Origin: Cyanidioschyzon merolae | Lineage: Eukaryota | NCBI GenBank assembly: GCA_000091205.1 | Contig: AP006488.2 | DNA length: 64,000 bases | Strand: one strand, 5' to 3' | In this document: positions 21,128 through 32,940 of the stretch, piece by piece | How positions within the stretch are numbered: position 1 is the first letter of the stretch | How the letters are laid out: the number at the start of each line of letters is the position of its first letter | Notes under the pieces: generated by a model | Told to the model about the DNA's origin: nothing | The model's database searches: none | The model's input: the letters and a program-made list of their open reading frames with translations, nothing else | Position numbers and translations under genes: made by a program

Positions 21128-23858
21128 GCGTCGTGGGATCACCCAGAGCCTGGGAGAGAGCGCTCACCAAACCTCGCACAGTACCGTAGAAGACGTCAAA
21201 GCGATAGAGCCTCTCCACCGCTGTGTACGGTAACGCTTTCAAACGTGTTGCAAACGCGTGTACGTTGGGTAAGGAGCAACCCGCGCACGGCACCCAAGGT
21301 ACAGGTTCCAGGTGCAGTAGCAGCAGCTGCTGCTGGTGTTGCGAGACTGTCGTCTCGCGTACTGCGTAGCCGGCACACTGCGCGTCGTGCTGGCGTCGCG
21401 AACGTTCCCAAACGAAGCACGGCATATTGGTAGACGTTTTGCGCATCATTTGTCGTTTATGGTATTGCTATGGTGTCGTGACGTCGATGGGCAAGCCAAG
21501 ACGTTCACGATGAACGAGATAGCTGGCTAGATTGGATCCTGCACAGGTCATTGAATGCGAAGCCCAGGGGTATGCCCTGCGTACCGTCACCGGGATCTTG
21601 AAGGCGACTCGGGGATCGCCTGCAACGACTGTGTCAAAGACGCAAACGCTATCCGTAAATATGGTGAGCATGCGCAGCATACGCTATGCCTCATGGTCTA
21701 GAATCGATTCGATACTGAGCGAATGCAGCAGGATGGTCGAGTACCAACGTTCGTCTGGCAGCCTGCGATCGCTCCAACGTTGTGCGAGCACCTGCTGTGA
21801 GCGTCTCGTAGCGACATTCCGTCCGTAGATGCGCACAGCAGCGACAGCAACAGCAATCGTGCTGCAGTATTTGCGAGTCGCTTGCTATTGATATCGGAAA
21901 CTCACCGTCAGGCGTGCGAAAGATAGCGCGGCATCCGCTCATATTCCGCAGCAAGGCGCTGCAGCAGATATCGCTGTGCTTCCCGGCCTGCGGATGATCG
22001 CTTACCAGGTGCCGATACCGCTGCAGATGCGCGCTCTCGACTCGATGGATGGCAGGTTCGGGTACCAACATCTTGGGTAATGTTTTGCATGGTGTCTGCG
22101 TGCGGAGGTGGATGCTAATGGTTAGCGCTGGTTGCATCCATTCGAGGCAGATGGCGAACAGCTCATGCGACGCAGTATCACCGAGCGAGAAAGCGTCGCT
22201 TGATCACGAACTGGAGCACTGCTTCGCGCGTGTTGCCTACTGCTTTCTCGTACGGTTGCGATACGCGGAGTCTATCTACCGTCAGTGAGACGCATTCCAA
22301 GTCCTGATGTGTGCTGAGCCTCAGGGGCAATGGCTACATGGTCTCCGACAGTAGCTGCCCACGTGTAGAGAAAGCTCAGTTTCCATGCCGCATTGAACTG
22401 GCATGCAGAGATATGCTTGTGGCGCTGCACAATGTTCATGACCCGTCAAAATACTCCTTTGTCCCACGTTCATGCATGGTGAACGCTTGCTTTCTCATTA
22501 CATGGCTTCAGATTCGTTTCAGCAGCGATACGCCGGAAACGCGCTCTATCCACATACGATACGGGATTTGTCCGCAGCACGTACCGCGTGATCACCTCTT
22601 ATCGAGGCATCGCTGCGATGCGCATTGGCTGAACACAAACGAGAACGATGAAGGGATTGCCTGGAAGGAAGCTCTCAACAAAAATAGTCGCTGGCGGCAA
22701 GTTTGCATCAGAAGGCAAGCTCGTATAAGCTTCTGGTTACGCCTGACTCAGAAGGAAGTATGTGCAGAAGCACCGCCTGCAGGCATGCAGCGATTTCGTC
22801 AACAACGACCTCGACCATGCGATTCGCATACGTCCGGTGTCGAGCACGTGCTACAGGCGGCGCTTGTCTCGAGTGCTCATCTGTATCCTTCGTCTCGCAT
22901 CGACTTGAGTGCCATTGAAAACCGCAAGGGCAGTTTGCATGCTATACTCGCGATTCACGTGCTGACAAATAGACTGGTAACCAGGGCCGCTGTCGTTTCG
23001 ACGCATAACGTGCAGCACTCGCCACCAACTTGCAGGAACACAGACTCCTAAATCGGCTTACACCGTTTAGAATTATTATATGTGGTGCAAGCGACCCATA
23101 TGCAGCCGCAGGGACGTGTACGCTGCGCCACTTGCCCTGCGACGCGTGAAATGCGGCGCTAGCGACCGATGTGCAAACAAGTAAACTCGTAACCTAGGCC
23201 GATGCCACCCCGAAGTGTTCGGTACTCGACGGTGGTGTGGCAGGTCACCAATGCCGCTGCCGCTGCCGCTGCCTGCACAGCTCCCCTGACCATGAAGGCG
23301 CTTTGCAAGCGTTAGAAGCAGGAAGCGTCTATCCAGAAATCAGATATGTACGCGCTGTAGCAAACAGGTTCATGCACGATTCGGGGATTGTGCAGTGCAC
23401 CAGGCGCTCCGCTTACGAGCGCGGATGCAGCCACCACAGCGTTCAACACTGTATTCGAAGCAGCTGCTGATCAGACAGCATGTGCGACACCGCGAGATTC
23501 TTGTCAAAGACGCGTACATGAGAGGAAATCCCCGCTCAACCTATAGATTATCTTTCAGCTACGCAGATACAATGAGAGCACTTCCACAATGCTCCAGATG
23601 GATCAGCTCATGCAAGTCTTCGATTCTGTCGCTGACCAGAGCGAGAGCTGTGCTCTGGAGGCTGGCTCCGTACCTAGGAATGACACGAGTACGGCGATGC
23701 GAGAGCTCCAGGTAAGCGTCAAACATCAGGAACAAATTCACCAGTGGTGACGTGCAGCGTTTAAATACACTTCGCGCGTGAAAAGTTGCGCCTTAGCGCG
23801 ACGCAGAGCGGCGTCACCGCAGCCCAGGGCGTCACCAGTGCCTCCGCAGCGCCAGTCG

Positions 23859-24473
23859 TCAGAATCGCTCCCGGAGCCGAGCGCTTACTCGCCGCAGCTT
23901 CTCATAGGTCTTTCCTGGTGGCGTACCCAGAATTAGTGAGCAGATGGCGTCTCGTGCGAGACGAACCTGCATATGGCCTCCGAGAATGTGCACCTTCGAG
24001 CCCGCTAAGACGATCCGCACACGACACGCGTTCTCTATGGCGAACTTGGTTCGCCCGCCAGTCCCTGCTATTCGCCCTATCGCTCGGGAGAGGTGATCAC
24101 CCTGCAGCCGACGCACATCCTGTACCTCAAAAGAGTCGATCCGGAGATCATCGAAGCGGATCAAGGCGATAGCGTCCTCGACAGCAAACCCGAGAAGAAA
24201 CGCTTGCATGAACTCGTACCCCCGCTGAAGTGCGGTCCGGTCTGGCGTCTGAGGACTACAGCGCAACTCAACGGCGCGTTGCTTCAGGTTCATTCGAACT
24301 TGAAGCGCTAGTTCCTTCGTAAGCGGCTCATAAAGCGCTAGCCAGTTGCTTTTCAAAGCAGCGAAACGGTGCTGAGGAACGGGTATCCTTCGCAACTCCC
24401 CAGGACTGTACGACGGCCCGTTCCCAGTTGCGTCGCTTGGCGGCACCTTATGTACACTCAGTGCAGGTTCCAT
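23859..24473 (-). CDS. PNO1: PNO1/Dim2 KH-domain pre-40S ribosome biogenesis factor
   Basis: Near-collinear match to the conserved PNO1 core: RRIPVPQHRF...LKSNW...LQVRMNLKQRAVELR...LQRGYEFMQAFLLGFAVEDAIALIRFDDLRIDSFEVQDVRRLQGDHLSRAIGRIAGTGGRTKFAIENACRVRIVLAGSKVHILGG...ARDAICSLILGTPPGKTY. ATG at 24473 verified. Confidence 0.9.
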   Translation of the reverse strand: MEPALSVHKVPPSDATGNGPSYSPGELRRIPVPQHRFAALKSNWLALYEPLTKELALQVRMNLKQRAVELRCSPQTPDRTALQRGYEFMQAFLLGFAVEDAIALIRFDDLRIDSFEVQDVRRLQGDHLSRAIGRIAGTGGRTKFAIENACRVRIVLAGSKVHILGGHMQVRLARDAICSLILGTPPGKTYEKLRRVSARLRERF

Positions 24474-25508
24474 ATCGTGGTCAAGTGAACCTGTGCGACG
24501 TGTTCGAAGCGTCTCCTCACAAAGTCGCCGGCAGCGCTCGACACTCCCTAGACGTGAGCATCGTGCGCGCAGGCCGCGCGCCGAGGCACGATCATCCAGC
24601 GCGCGGCGACGTCGAATGCTGAATGATTTTTCCGATGACGAAACGTTGACATTGAGCAGGGACCCAGATTGCGGTATGGGTATTGGAACTCGGGAAAGCG
24701 TTCATTCTGATGCAGCACCAATGCCGTGACTGATGCTCTCTGCGTGCTGCATTTTCGATGCGAAAATTAGTAGCGAGTGGCGGGTGGGGGGGCCCACGCT
24801 AGCATGCCCCTGCAAGGGCATGCGATCCGTGCGAGCGCATTGCGCTGCTGCGCATTGAACTGCACTCAGCGCCGGGCAAGCTGCTGTATTTGCGCTAAAG
24901 CATCAACTGTGCGCCAGTCCGCATGTCGACAAGCGCATAGTCCCGCTACAGGTGCCATTCCTGACCAGAGCAATGACCGTGCGAGAGCCAGCCAGGGCGT
25001 CCGGTGCTCCACCAAGTCGCTGCGAAAAACGTGTTTTGACAATCGATGCAGCCACAGCGGTGCCTACTTCGACCACGAAGAAATACGGGTCCTGCCAATA
25101 GGCCAAGCACCAGTTGGCCAGTGTTGAGGCATCCGCCCGCCCGTTGCCCCCGGATATGCGTACCCTAGCGCTGCGAAAACGCCCCCTTGGGCAACGACAC
25201 CGCTTCCAAGGCAATGCACAAGTCTGCCATGTCGTCGATCGCTGGGCGCTGTTGCCTGCACCCAGCCACCGCACCAGGGTGAAGACACAACAGGGACAAT
25301 ATTGTACAGTTCATATCACCACCGACGTACATCGCGTCCATAGCGGACCGTGGCGCTACGCTCGAAAACGGACAACGTTATCCAACCCAGATCATCATTA
25401 CCCCTTATAGCCCAGACGACCGTCCCTGGCGATCGTCGCAACACAACGTCTTGTTAGAAATAATGGCACATAAGAGACATCGATCCACATATCCGCCGTT
25501 TCGATTTC

Positions 25509-28500
25509 ATGAACGCCAGCAGCGCGATACCGGCTGCAGGCCGCGCACCGATCGGATGCATCGGGCGAGCGGGTCGAGCGCGCGCCTCGCCGGACGCGAT
25601 GACGGCAGGCGCTGGTGTGCGCAGCCCAGCGCGGAACGCCGACGCGAACAGCACCTATGCGTTATGCCTTCGACTGGAGCAAACACCGCAAATTGCCGCC
25701 TTCATGAAGAAGCTTCTGTGGAGTGGGCGATCGAATGCTTCCAGTTTTCCACAGAGTTTAGCAGAGTCCTTTCTATCGACGATAGGTATTCATCGCTCAA
25801 AGGCTGGTGCTTCACGAGTGCACACGGGAACGGGCAGTACGAGTGCGTACCTCGTGGACGCTAGCCGAGCCCGGGTGTACTGCGGCTGCTACGATGCGCT
25901 CTCGCCAGAGTCATTTTTTCATCTCGCGGGAAAACTCAACGGGAAACTTGAGCGCGACGAAGCGCAGAATGGTCAAGTGAACTGGTTATACCTGGATGCG
26001 ACGCCGACGGGCTTCCTCACACAGCACGCTGGAACTGCCTTCTTCCCCAGTGCTGGCGATGCCGGTAGTTTGGGCTCCGCAACGACAACTGTGATCCCGC
26101 TTGCACCATTTCGTAACTTGATTGTCCCCGGAATCGACCAAATGGTGGAACTGTGCGAGTTGGTGTACAAGTGGATTCTCGGCGGACACGCTGCTGGCGA
26201 GTGCTCGTGCGTCTGTGTTCTCACCACGTCGGGCAGAGCGCACCGGGGCGTGCTGGCTAGGCCACACACCGTGGCGACACTGTTTGTTGCGTGTTATTTG
26301 CTTTTTATTGGACTGTTCGATAGTGGGCTCGATGCTATCGAATACACGGTGCGCCGACAGCTCAAGGGTCTCCGTCGCCACCGGCGAAAGACCCGTGCAC
26401 GTGCCCTGCCGCGCCGCGAGGACCTCGTCACTGCTGCTGTTTGTGAATACGCTGCGCTCTTCGGTTACCTCATTCAAATGTCAACGATCCTTCCGCAACA
26501 CCTGCAGCAACTGAACCCTTCTGAACTACCGAACCGCGCACCGGTGCTGCTCCGGAGGGCCATCGTCAATGGCGAGGTGCTCCTCGGAGACAAACCCGCT
26601 CACTTGACGTTACGAATCCGCAACCAGGTGGGAGATGGCGACGAAGTGCTACTCGATGAGCGCTTCGAAAACGAGTGTGCCCCCGGTGATGGTATCATGA
26701 GTTATCGCCTGCGGGCTGTAGTCGTAGGCGACGTGGCGATTCTGCTGGAGCTCAACGGCTGCCTAGCGCTGCTGGCAGTCGTGCGCCATACGAGCACGCT
26801 GCGCGCCCCGGTTTGTCGCATTCGACGAGAAGATATGGATATATGCAATGGGTACGAGCAGCTTCCACTCCATGTTGCGTCGGACTTTGCGATGGACCTG
26901 TATATCGAAGAAATGACGAGCGAAAGCTGTGCAGATGAGCCGATTGCCGTCACGGAGTTGGAGCAAGCGCAGCATGTCGCCGAAAGCGAAATCGCTGCCC
27001 TGGAAACAGCGTTTTCTCGAGCGCCCCTACTGGATCCCAAGTACATTGCTCGGAATCGAACGATGCAGGGGTCGCTCTCCCATCGCCGAGGACGTGGTGC
27101 GGGTGCCTGGCGAGCACGTCCGCATGTCCCATCTCCGTTTCTCTCCGAGTTACGCGATGAACAGAGCCGACGCAAGCTCGCGACCGGTGGCGAGGGTACG
27201 ATCTCGCTCCACGCATTGCTCCAGGAGAGCGTTGCGGAGCGTGAGCCTGTGGGTGCTCCGGCAACGCATTCGACTCTGGACGCTGGACTCGATGGAATCG
27301 TTGCGAGAAGGCACGTGAGTACGAGCGATGACTTGGACCAGGCTGCAGATCAAGACTGGAAACAGAGGTGTTTGGAGGCGGATTCGGCATCGATGGTTGA
27401 ATCAACCAACGAGGAAGCGAGCGATGCATCGTCTGGCACAGGGGTGTTGACGTCCTCGTCTCGTTCTTCGTCGTCTACAGACTCGTCTTCCACCTACTGG
27501 GCGAAGCGAGCGGCGCAACGGAGTGCTCGTCGACGACGACTTGATAGACGTCGACAGCAGCTGCTGGAATCCGAGACGCAGTGGGAAACGTCTCCAAGGA
27601 GGATGGCGCACGATATGCAGATCGACGAAGACGCTGTTGCCGCGTTCTTGTTGGGAGAAGAAAGCCAACGACTTTCGCCCGCTCAGCGCAGTCTACTGGT
27701 CCAGACGGCACGTGAAACGTTGCAGAAACGTCGCGAGTTGCTGTTACAGAGTACAGAGCGTTCTATGGGTGCATCTCGGGATCAGAATCACCGCGAACTC
27801 CTCGGCGATACGCAGAGTGAGCACTGCTCTAGCTTCGTGACGAGCGTCAGCTTCATTGATGAACATGCGGTGAGCAACACGGACTTGGAGACTGCGCACA
27901 CACCGCCACGAGCATGGCATCAGACAGCGCAGGAGGCTGGTGCTGCTGCTGCTGCTGCTGCACACGGACCCGCGAGTTATCAGGCGTCAGCAACTGTTCA
28001 CGTGTCAGATGCTGCGCTTGAAGGAGCACAGGAGAGCAGCTTGTCGATAGCCGGCGCCACGGAGGAGAGCTTCGCTTTTTCGAAGACTCGCTGGATCGCA
28101 GGCGGGGATGGTGCTCTGCTTCGAAGCAGCGAAACAACTGCGGACGCATATTCACTGAGCAGAGGCCCATGTGCCACTGAGGAACCGAGTGCCATGCGAG
28201 CTTTTCAAGTCGCAGGTGCAGGCGCTGAGGCATTCGGAAAGTGCGCGACCGACGCAGATGCACAGACCGCACCCGGAGTCGTTGCTTCGATGTCATCGGA
28301 CCGCAAGGATTGGAAAGATCGTGGCAGTCCAAGGGCTCCGGTTTCGACGCGGTCGAGTCCACGAGTGATCTTGCCGGTGCACATAGGGGCGTCCGAGAGT
28401 TCACCGCCATTCGAACTCCAGGACGAGCGAGATCGACTGCAGGTACAAGCACCAACCGCGCCGCCGCCGCCACCACCACCACCGCCGCCACCACCACCAC

Positions 28501-30293
28501 CACTTCTTGACACAGCCGCGTTTGATGTATGCCCGCGAGATACAGAGTCATACAGTCGTGATCATGGTGACCGTCAAGGTCTTGCAAACGAAGCGAACGG
28601 AATGGGTGTACCACCGCCACCACCGCCACCATTGCCGGCAACTGTACCTATGGCCAACGGTGCTCACATGGGAGGTATTCTGGGAGCGGCGCGTTTTGCA
28701 CGCAAGCCGCGACGAAACGTCAAGCAGCTTCACTGGAACACAATACCACCACATCAGGTTCCCCAAACGATATTCTCTCGGGGGTTGCATCGAATGCTTG
28801 ATACAGACTTGGAAAACTCATCCTCTGAAATTGATCAAATGTTCATGAATCGACCAACAATCGAACAACGCCGCATGGACAGCCAACGAACCGCATTCGA
28901 CCTTGATGAGACTGCGGACCAGAAGGCGAATGCACATCGCACGCAACTCCACTTTCTTGAGAGCAAACGAGCCACCAATTTTGAAATCATGTTGAGCAAA
29001 TTTAGTGTAGATGTCGGAGCGATCGCGAACGCAGTCATCGCACTGGACGCAGCGGAGAAGCCGGTACTCACGACAGAGAACCTGCTCGCTCTGAGAATGA
29101 ATATGCCTAAGCAGGAAGAACTAGAAGTAGCCCTTCATTGGGCGAAGCAAGCGCAGCCCAAAGCATTGGCGCCGCAGAATCACCCAGAAACGGCGAGCAT
29201 GGACCCCGGAAGTCACGCAGACCCGCGTCTGGACGCAAAGTCAGACGTTGAGGAGCTCCTGAAAAGCCGTGCCGAGCGACTGGTCTACAGAATGGCCACC
29301 AGTCTCGAGGTGCTCGCACCTGATTCTGCAGAACAGGCAACACTCCATCAACGCTTGCGCGCAAAGCTCGACGCTGCGATCGCGATACGTCAACTGGGTC
29401 ACCAGGTGGAGGAGGTTCAGCACCTCATCGAGGTTGTGCTCACTGCTTGTCGCCAGGTTTTTGAAAGCGACCGCCTGGCATCGGTGTTGAGCGCGATTCT
29501 GGCCATTGGAAACTATCTGAATCAGGGCACAAATCGTGGCAATGCCCTGGGTTTCCGCCTCTCCAGCGTATTGAAACTAAGTGAGACTCGAGCTACTTTA
29601 GATCGCCGCACAACCCTGCTTCACTATTTGGTCAAGTTCGTGTCGCGTCGAATGCCAGACGCGGCGCTCTTTACCAGTGACCTCTCGGCGGTAGCTGCGG
29701 CAGCTCGCGTCGACCTCGGGGAACTCGACGCTGAGATACGTGCCCTGCGCCTCGCGCTTGCCCTGGTGCGGAAGGAATCGCAAGACCATCCATCGGATGC
29801 TGTGAACGGCTTTCTACAACGAGAGACGCCCAAGGTCGAACAAGTTGAGCAGGCGTACGCCCGAATGCGTCGACAGCTGGAGCGAACGACGACGTATCTG
29901 GGGGGCCACCCCACGAGCGTACCGGCACCGGCGCTGCATACCGGCTCTGTGGCGTCGCTCGCCGAAGAACACGACATTCCCGAAACGCTGTTCTTCACGC
30001 TCCATCGCTTTATGGACATGTTCGATCGATGCCGAGCAGAGCTGCAGCGACTCGAAGCGACCATGCAGCAACACGCGAAACGCTTTGCGCGATCGTATGT
30101 AACGCAGGTGATTCAACAGGCGATCGGGCGAGCTACACAAGGAAGCAGTCTTCTGGCGACACAGTCGAGTCCGAGGCGTATCGCGCCGCATGAGCGAAAG
30201 GAGCGCGTCTATGCGCACCAGCCGGAAGAAGCAGGCAAGTCGGGGGTTGCATCCCTGGTAGCAGGGGTAGGGGTATCCCGAGCGTCTGGATGA
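25509..30293 (+). CDS. Formin with an N-terminal PTEN-like (phosphatase-like + C2) region, a poly-proline FH1 and a C-terminal FH2 domain
   Basis: FH1 is PPPPPPPPPPPPPPPP plus PPPPPPLP encoded by (CCGCCA)n at about 28440-28640. FH2 hallmarks are KQLHWNTIP and GNYLNQGTNRGNALGFRLSSVLKLSETRA...TLLHYLVKF. The N-terminal segment ...CVCVLTTSGRAHRGV...VACYLLF... resembles the PTEN P-loop region but is degenerate (CX6R). ATG at 25509 verified; the true start is uncertain. Confidence 0.85.
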   Translation: MNASSAIPAAGRAPIGCIGRAGRARASPDAMTAGAGVRSPARNADANSTYALCLRLEQTPQIAAFMKKLLWSGRSNASSFPQSLAESFLSTIGIHRSKAGASRVHTGTGSTSAYLVDASRARVYCGCYDALSPESFFHLAGKLNGKLERDEAQNGQVNWLYLDATPTGFLTQHAGTAFFPSAGDAGSLGSATTTVIPLAPFRNLIVPGIDQMVELCELVYKWILGGHAAGECSCVCVLTTSGRAHRGVLARPHTVATLFVACYLLFIGLFDSGLDAIEYTVRRQLKGLRRHRRKTRARALPRREDLVTAAVCEYAALFGYLIQMSTILPQHLQQLNPSELPNRAPVLLRRAIVNGEVLLGDKPAHLTLRIRNQVGDGDEVLLDERFENECAPGDGIMSYRLRAVVVGDVAILLELNGCLALLAVVRHTSTLRAPVCRIRREDMDICNGYEQLPLHVASDFAMDLYIEEMTSESCADEPIAVTELEQAQHVAESEIAALETAFSRAPLLDPKYIARNRTMQGSLSHRRGRGAGAWRARPHVPSPFLSELRDEQSRRKLATGGEGTISLHALLQESVAEREPVGAPATHSTLDAGLDGIVARRHVSTSDDLDQAADQDWKQRCLEADSASMVESTNEEASDASSGTGVLTSSSRSSSSTDSSSTYWAKRAAQRSARRRRLDRRRQQLLESETQWETSPRRMAHDMQIDEDAVAAFLLGEESQRLSPAQRSLLVQTARETLQKRRELLLQSTERSMGASRDQNHRELLGDTQSEHCSSFVTSVSFIDEHAVSNTDLETAHTPPRAWHQTAQEAGAAAAAAAHGPASYQASATVHVSDAALEGAQESSLSIAGATEESFAFSKTRWIAGGDGALLRSSETTADAYSLSRGPCATEEPSAMRAFQVAGAGAEAFGKCATDADAQTAPGVVASMSSDRKDWKDRGSPRAPVSTRSSPRVILPVHIGASESSPPFELQDERDRLQVQAPTAPPPPPPPPPPPPPPLLDTAAFDVCPRDTESYSRDHGDRQGLANEANGMGVPPPPPPPLPATVPMANGAHMGGILGAARFARKPRRNVKQLHWNTIPPHQVPQTIFSRGLHRMLDTDLENSSSEIDQMFMNRPTIEQRRMDSQRTAFDLDETADQKANAHRTQLHFLESKRATNFEIMLSKFSVDVGAIANAVIALDAAEKPVLTTENLLALRMNMPKQEELEVALHWAKQAQPKALAPQNHPETASMDPGSHADPRLDAKSDVEELLKSRAERLVYRMATSLEVLAPDSAEQATLHQRLRAKLDAAIAIRQLGHQVEEVQHLIEVVLTACRQVFESDRLASVLSAILAIGNYLNQGTNRGNALGFRLSSVLKLSETRATLDRRTTLLHYLVKFVSRRMPDAALFTSDLSAVAAAARVDLGELDAEIRALRLALALVRKESQDHPSDAVNGFLQRETPKVEQVEQAYARMRRQLERTTTYLGGHPTSVPAPALHTGSVASLAEEHDIPETLFFTLHRFMDMFDRCRAELQRLEATMQQHAKRFARSYVTQVIQQAIGRATQGSSLLATQSSPRRIAPHERKERVYAHQPEEAGKSGVASLVAGVGVSRASG

Positions 30294-30839
30294 AATGGTG
30301 TGCGTGGGAGCCAAGCGAGCTCGATCACGGGACGATTCGAGGGGTACCTTACCGAGTTGTCCAATGTACCCGGAATGGGGCGCCTTCTTGACAGTGTTCC
30401 TCTGGTACCGTTGTCGATGTTGATCGACATTGCAGCGCTGCGATGCCCATGGAATTCGTTTCGTTGAAAGCCGGCTGGCGTGTGTCGGTAGAGCGCCGTC
30501 GATGCGGGTCAGGCACCGGGTACAGGTGCCAGGGGTCTGCGTGAAGACCACCGCTGCTGCTTGCACTCGATAAAACTGTGTTGCCGGTGATGCTGTCTGT
30601 TGTGATTTCCAGGCGCTTATCATGCATGCGGTGGTCTGGGCATTGTACGCCAGCAACAACAATACCAGCAAAATCAGCAAGAGTGCTTGACGCTGGCGCA
30701 ACGGACCCGGGCCTAGGCTTCGTACAGAAACGACCGCATTGGCGTGACTGGTTCAGAGGAATCGATAATGCAGTGTATATGGAATGCGCTCTCAAGGCTG
30801 CGGAGAAAGCAGATCTACATGCAGGGCAACTCTTCGCGT

Positions 30840-30840
<1 letters not shown>

Positions 30841-30872
<32 letters not shown>

Positions 30873-30880
30873 CAACAAGA
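30841..30880. repeat. (GCA)n(ACA)n compound microsatellite
   Basis: Direct reading. Confidence 0.9.
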
Positions 30881-31883
30881 GCAACTTTGACGGAGATCTG
30901 GCGTATACCAGTATTTTTTCATGTAAAGCGGGTAAGAGATTCTAGCAGAGACGGCGGAAGCCGCTGTTTGAACCTGTATATAGTATGCGAATGCTTTCCG
31001 CTGGGGAAGCGTTGGCTCCAACCATTTGCGCATGCCGCACCGGACACCTCCTCAAGGTGGTGTATGATCTGTGCATCATGCGAAACCCGGTCCATCCAGC
31101 AGATGAGCCGGACGCACAGTCCAGAGTTCTCGTCTTGTACAGAATAATCCTCGACAGCCTGCTCCGAAATGCTGCGCCTGTGCTCATTCGGGTCATCTGT
31201 GAGCTTCTGAATGGACATCCAGCTCCGCACTTTGTTCACGATGTCAAGAAAGATGCCTGTAAGCGATGAGAGTTTGCGTAGAACGCGTGCCGGCTCCGTA
31301 GCGTGCATACCGAGCAAACACACGCGCACTGATTGCCATCGATTTCCGGTGCCCTGTTCAAAGACACCAGCATCCATTGAGAAGCCTTTGATACAGACGC
31401 TTTGTAGCAAGTACGGTTTGCGAGATGTCTCCAGGAGAATGGTGCATCGCTCGCGCGCTACACCCGTGACAGCATACAAGCAAACATGTCCGCCAACACG
31501 GGTATTCACGCGAACGTGTGGACCGCGTGCGACTATCCTTAAATGAAGCGTTTCTGTGCTTTTTCTGTGACTGCTTCCTTCGCCTCTTTCATATCTCGAG
31601 CTTGAAGTGAGCAGGTCGCTCCTGTCCCTCCAGATCGCTTATCAGAAACAGAACGATGCTGATGGCAGCGGGCAGGTCCCGATTTCGCAGCTCTCGGCTG
31701 TTGGCAACGCGTTGGATACACAGACGATGATTGCGGTCTACGATTCGCTTGCCCTGTTGCTCTTCTTTTGTAGAGCCGCGGTGCGCTCGTCGCAACAGTG
31801 ACACTTGACTGTGGTCAGGTGTCTTCGTACGGGCACCTCAATGCCTCGCACCAGCGCCGTCACGTGGTATGCACTGGCTTGCT

Positions 31884-32324
31884 TCACCGTGCGACCCATG
31901 TCTTGGACGGGTACCGAACGCTTTCCTTCGATGCCATGCTCCGTTTCCCACGCCCGGTGCCGTTCACAGCGATCACGGGCTGCTTGTTCTGGGCGATATG
32001 CTTGGAAAGTACGCTGTCTGCCGCTTGCACGAGCGCAACCTGTTCCATTCGATAAAATTCGTGGAACGCGATGGACTCCAGTGTGAAACAAATGCCAGAA
32101 CGTAAAGTCAGATTGGAGAACAAGTCGAGAAATTTTGATCCGTCCTCGTTTGCTTCGTGGAAAGCGATGACGCGCGCTCCACCGGCATCGATCGCTGAAA
32201 TGATTGCATGAACAGTCCAGGACTCTTTACCCGGCAAACAGAAGACACGAGAGCGTCTCATCGTATATCCCGTGAGAGGTATCATGCGGCTGTCGAATAC
32301 CGTCACGTCGACAGCCACAAACAA
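31884..32324 (-). CDS. Hypothetical protein (146 aa), no confident family assignment
   Basis: ORF with globular-looking composition (AIISAIDAGGARVIAFHEANEDGSKFLDLF...). I could not assign it from memory. Confidence 0.2.
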   Translation of the reverse strand: MFVAVDVTVFDSRMIPLTGYTMRRSRVFCLPGKESWTVHAIISAIDAGGARVIAFHEANEDGSKFLDLFSNLTLRSGICFTLESIAFHEFYRMEQVALVQAADSVLSKHIAQNKQPVIAVNGTGRGKRSMASKESVRYPSKTWVAR

Positions 32325-32940
32325 ATGAGGAGTTGTTTTCGTACAGTATCGATTATCTTGAGAGACGATGCCAGAGTGATTTCAACAAGAGCTTGCGACG
32401 CAGTCACCCAGAAACAACGTCGAATGTGGCTCCTCGTCTATCCAGAAGCGCGAATCGCCGCACCCACGAGTTGCCGTGAAACACATAGATCGAAAACTTG
32501 AAGTATGCTTGTTTCGAGCATGCCATTCGAAACGGCATGGAGGATCGTCGAGCCTTGATCAAGTGAACTTCACAATCATATCGGGTATGTTACGATCCAG
32601 CGTTCACGATCGTCGCAAATGGTCTCGAATCCGGAGACGTAACGAATCCCAGCGACAAAGCGTCGAAGAAGCCAATACGAAAAAGCGACCTAACCTCCAT
32701 ACACTACGTATGACGACTGTTGCTCTCACCAATGCACTGAAAAGGTCGAGCCTTTATATACGAAACAAAGTTCGAAAGAAAATCGCAACCCAGGAATCGT
32801 CCATCGGTCAGTGCTCCCTTTCCATCGGACACGGGGAATGACTGACCGAAATCCCGGTATCTCGAGCGCAACCGCTAGGATACCCCGGGGGTTTTCGTGG
32901 CGGGACCAGTGGCGGCTCTGGATCGAAGCCGGTGGTATCC

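Noticed and set aside
31884-32324. Possible Mth938/macro-domain-like assignment for the 146-aa ORF
   Set aside because: Motif order and spacing did not match when checked against what I recall of those families; left as hypothetical.
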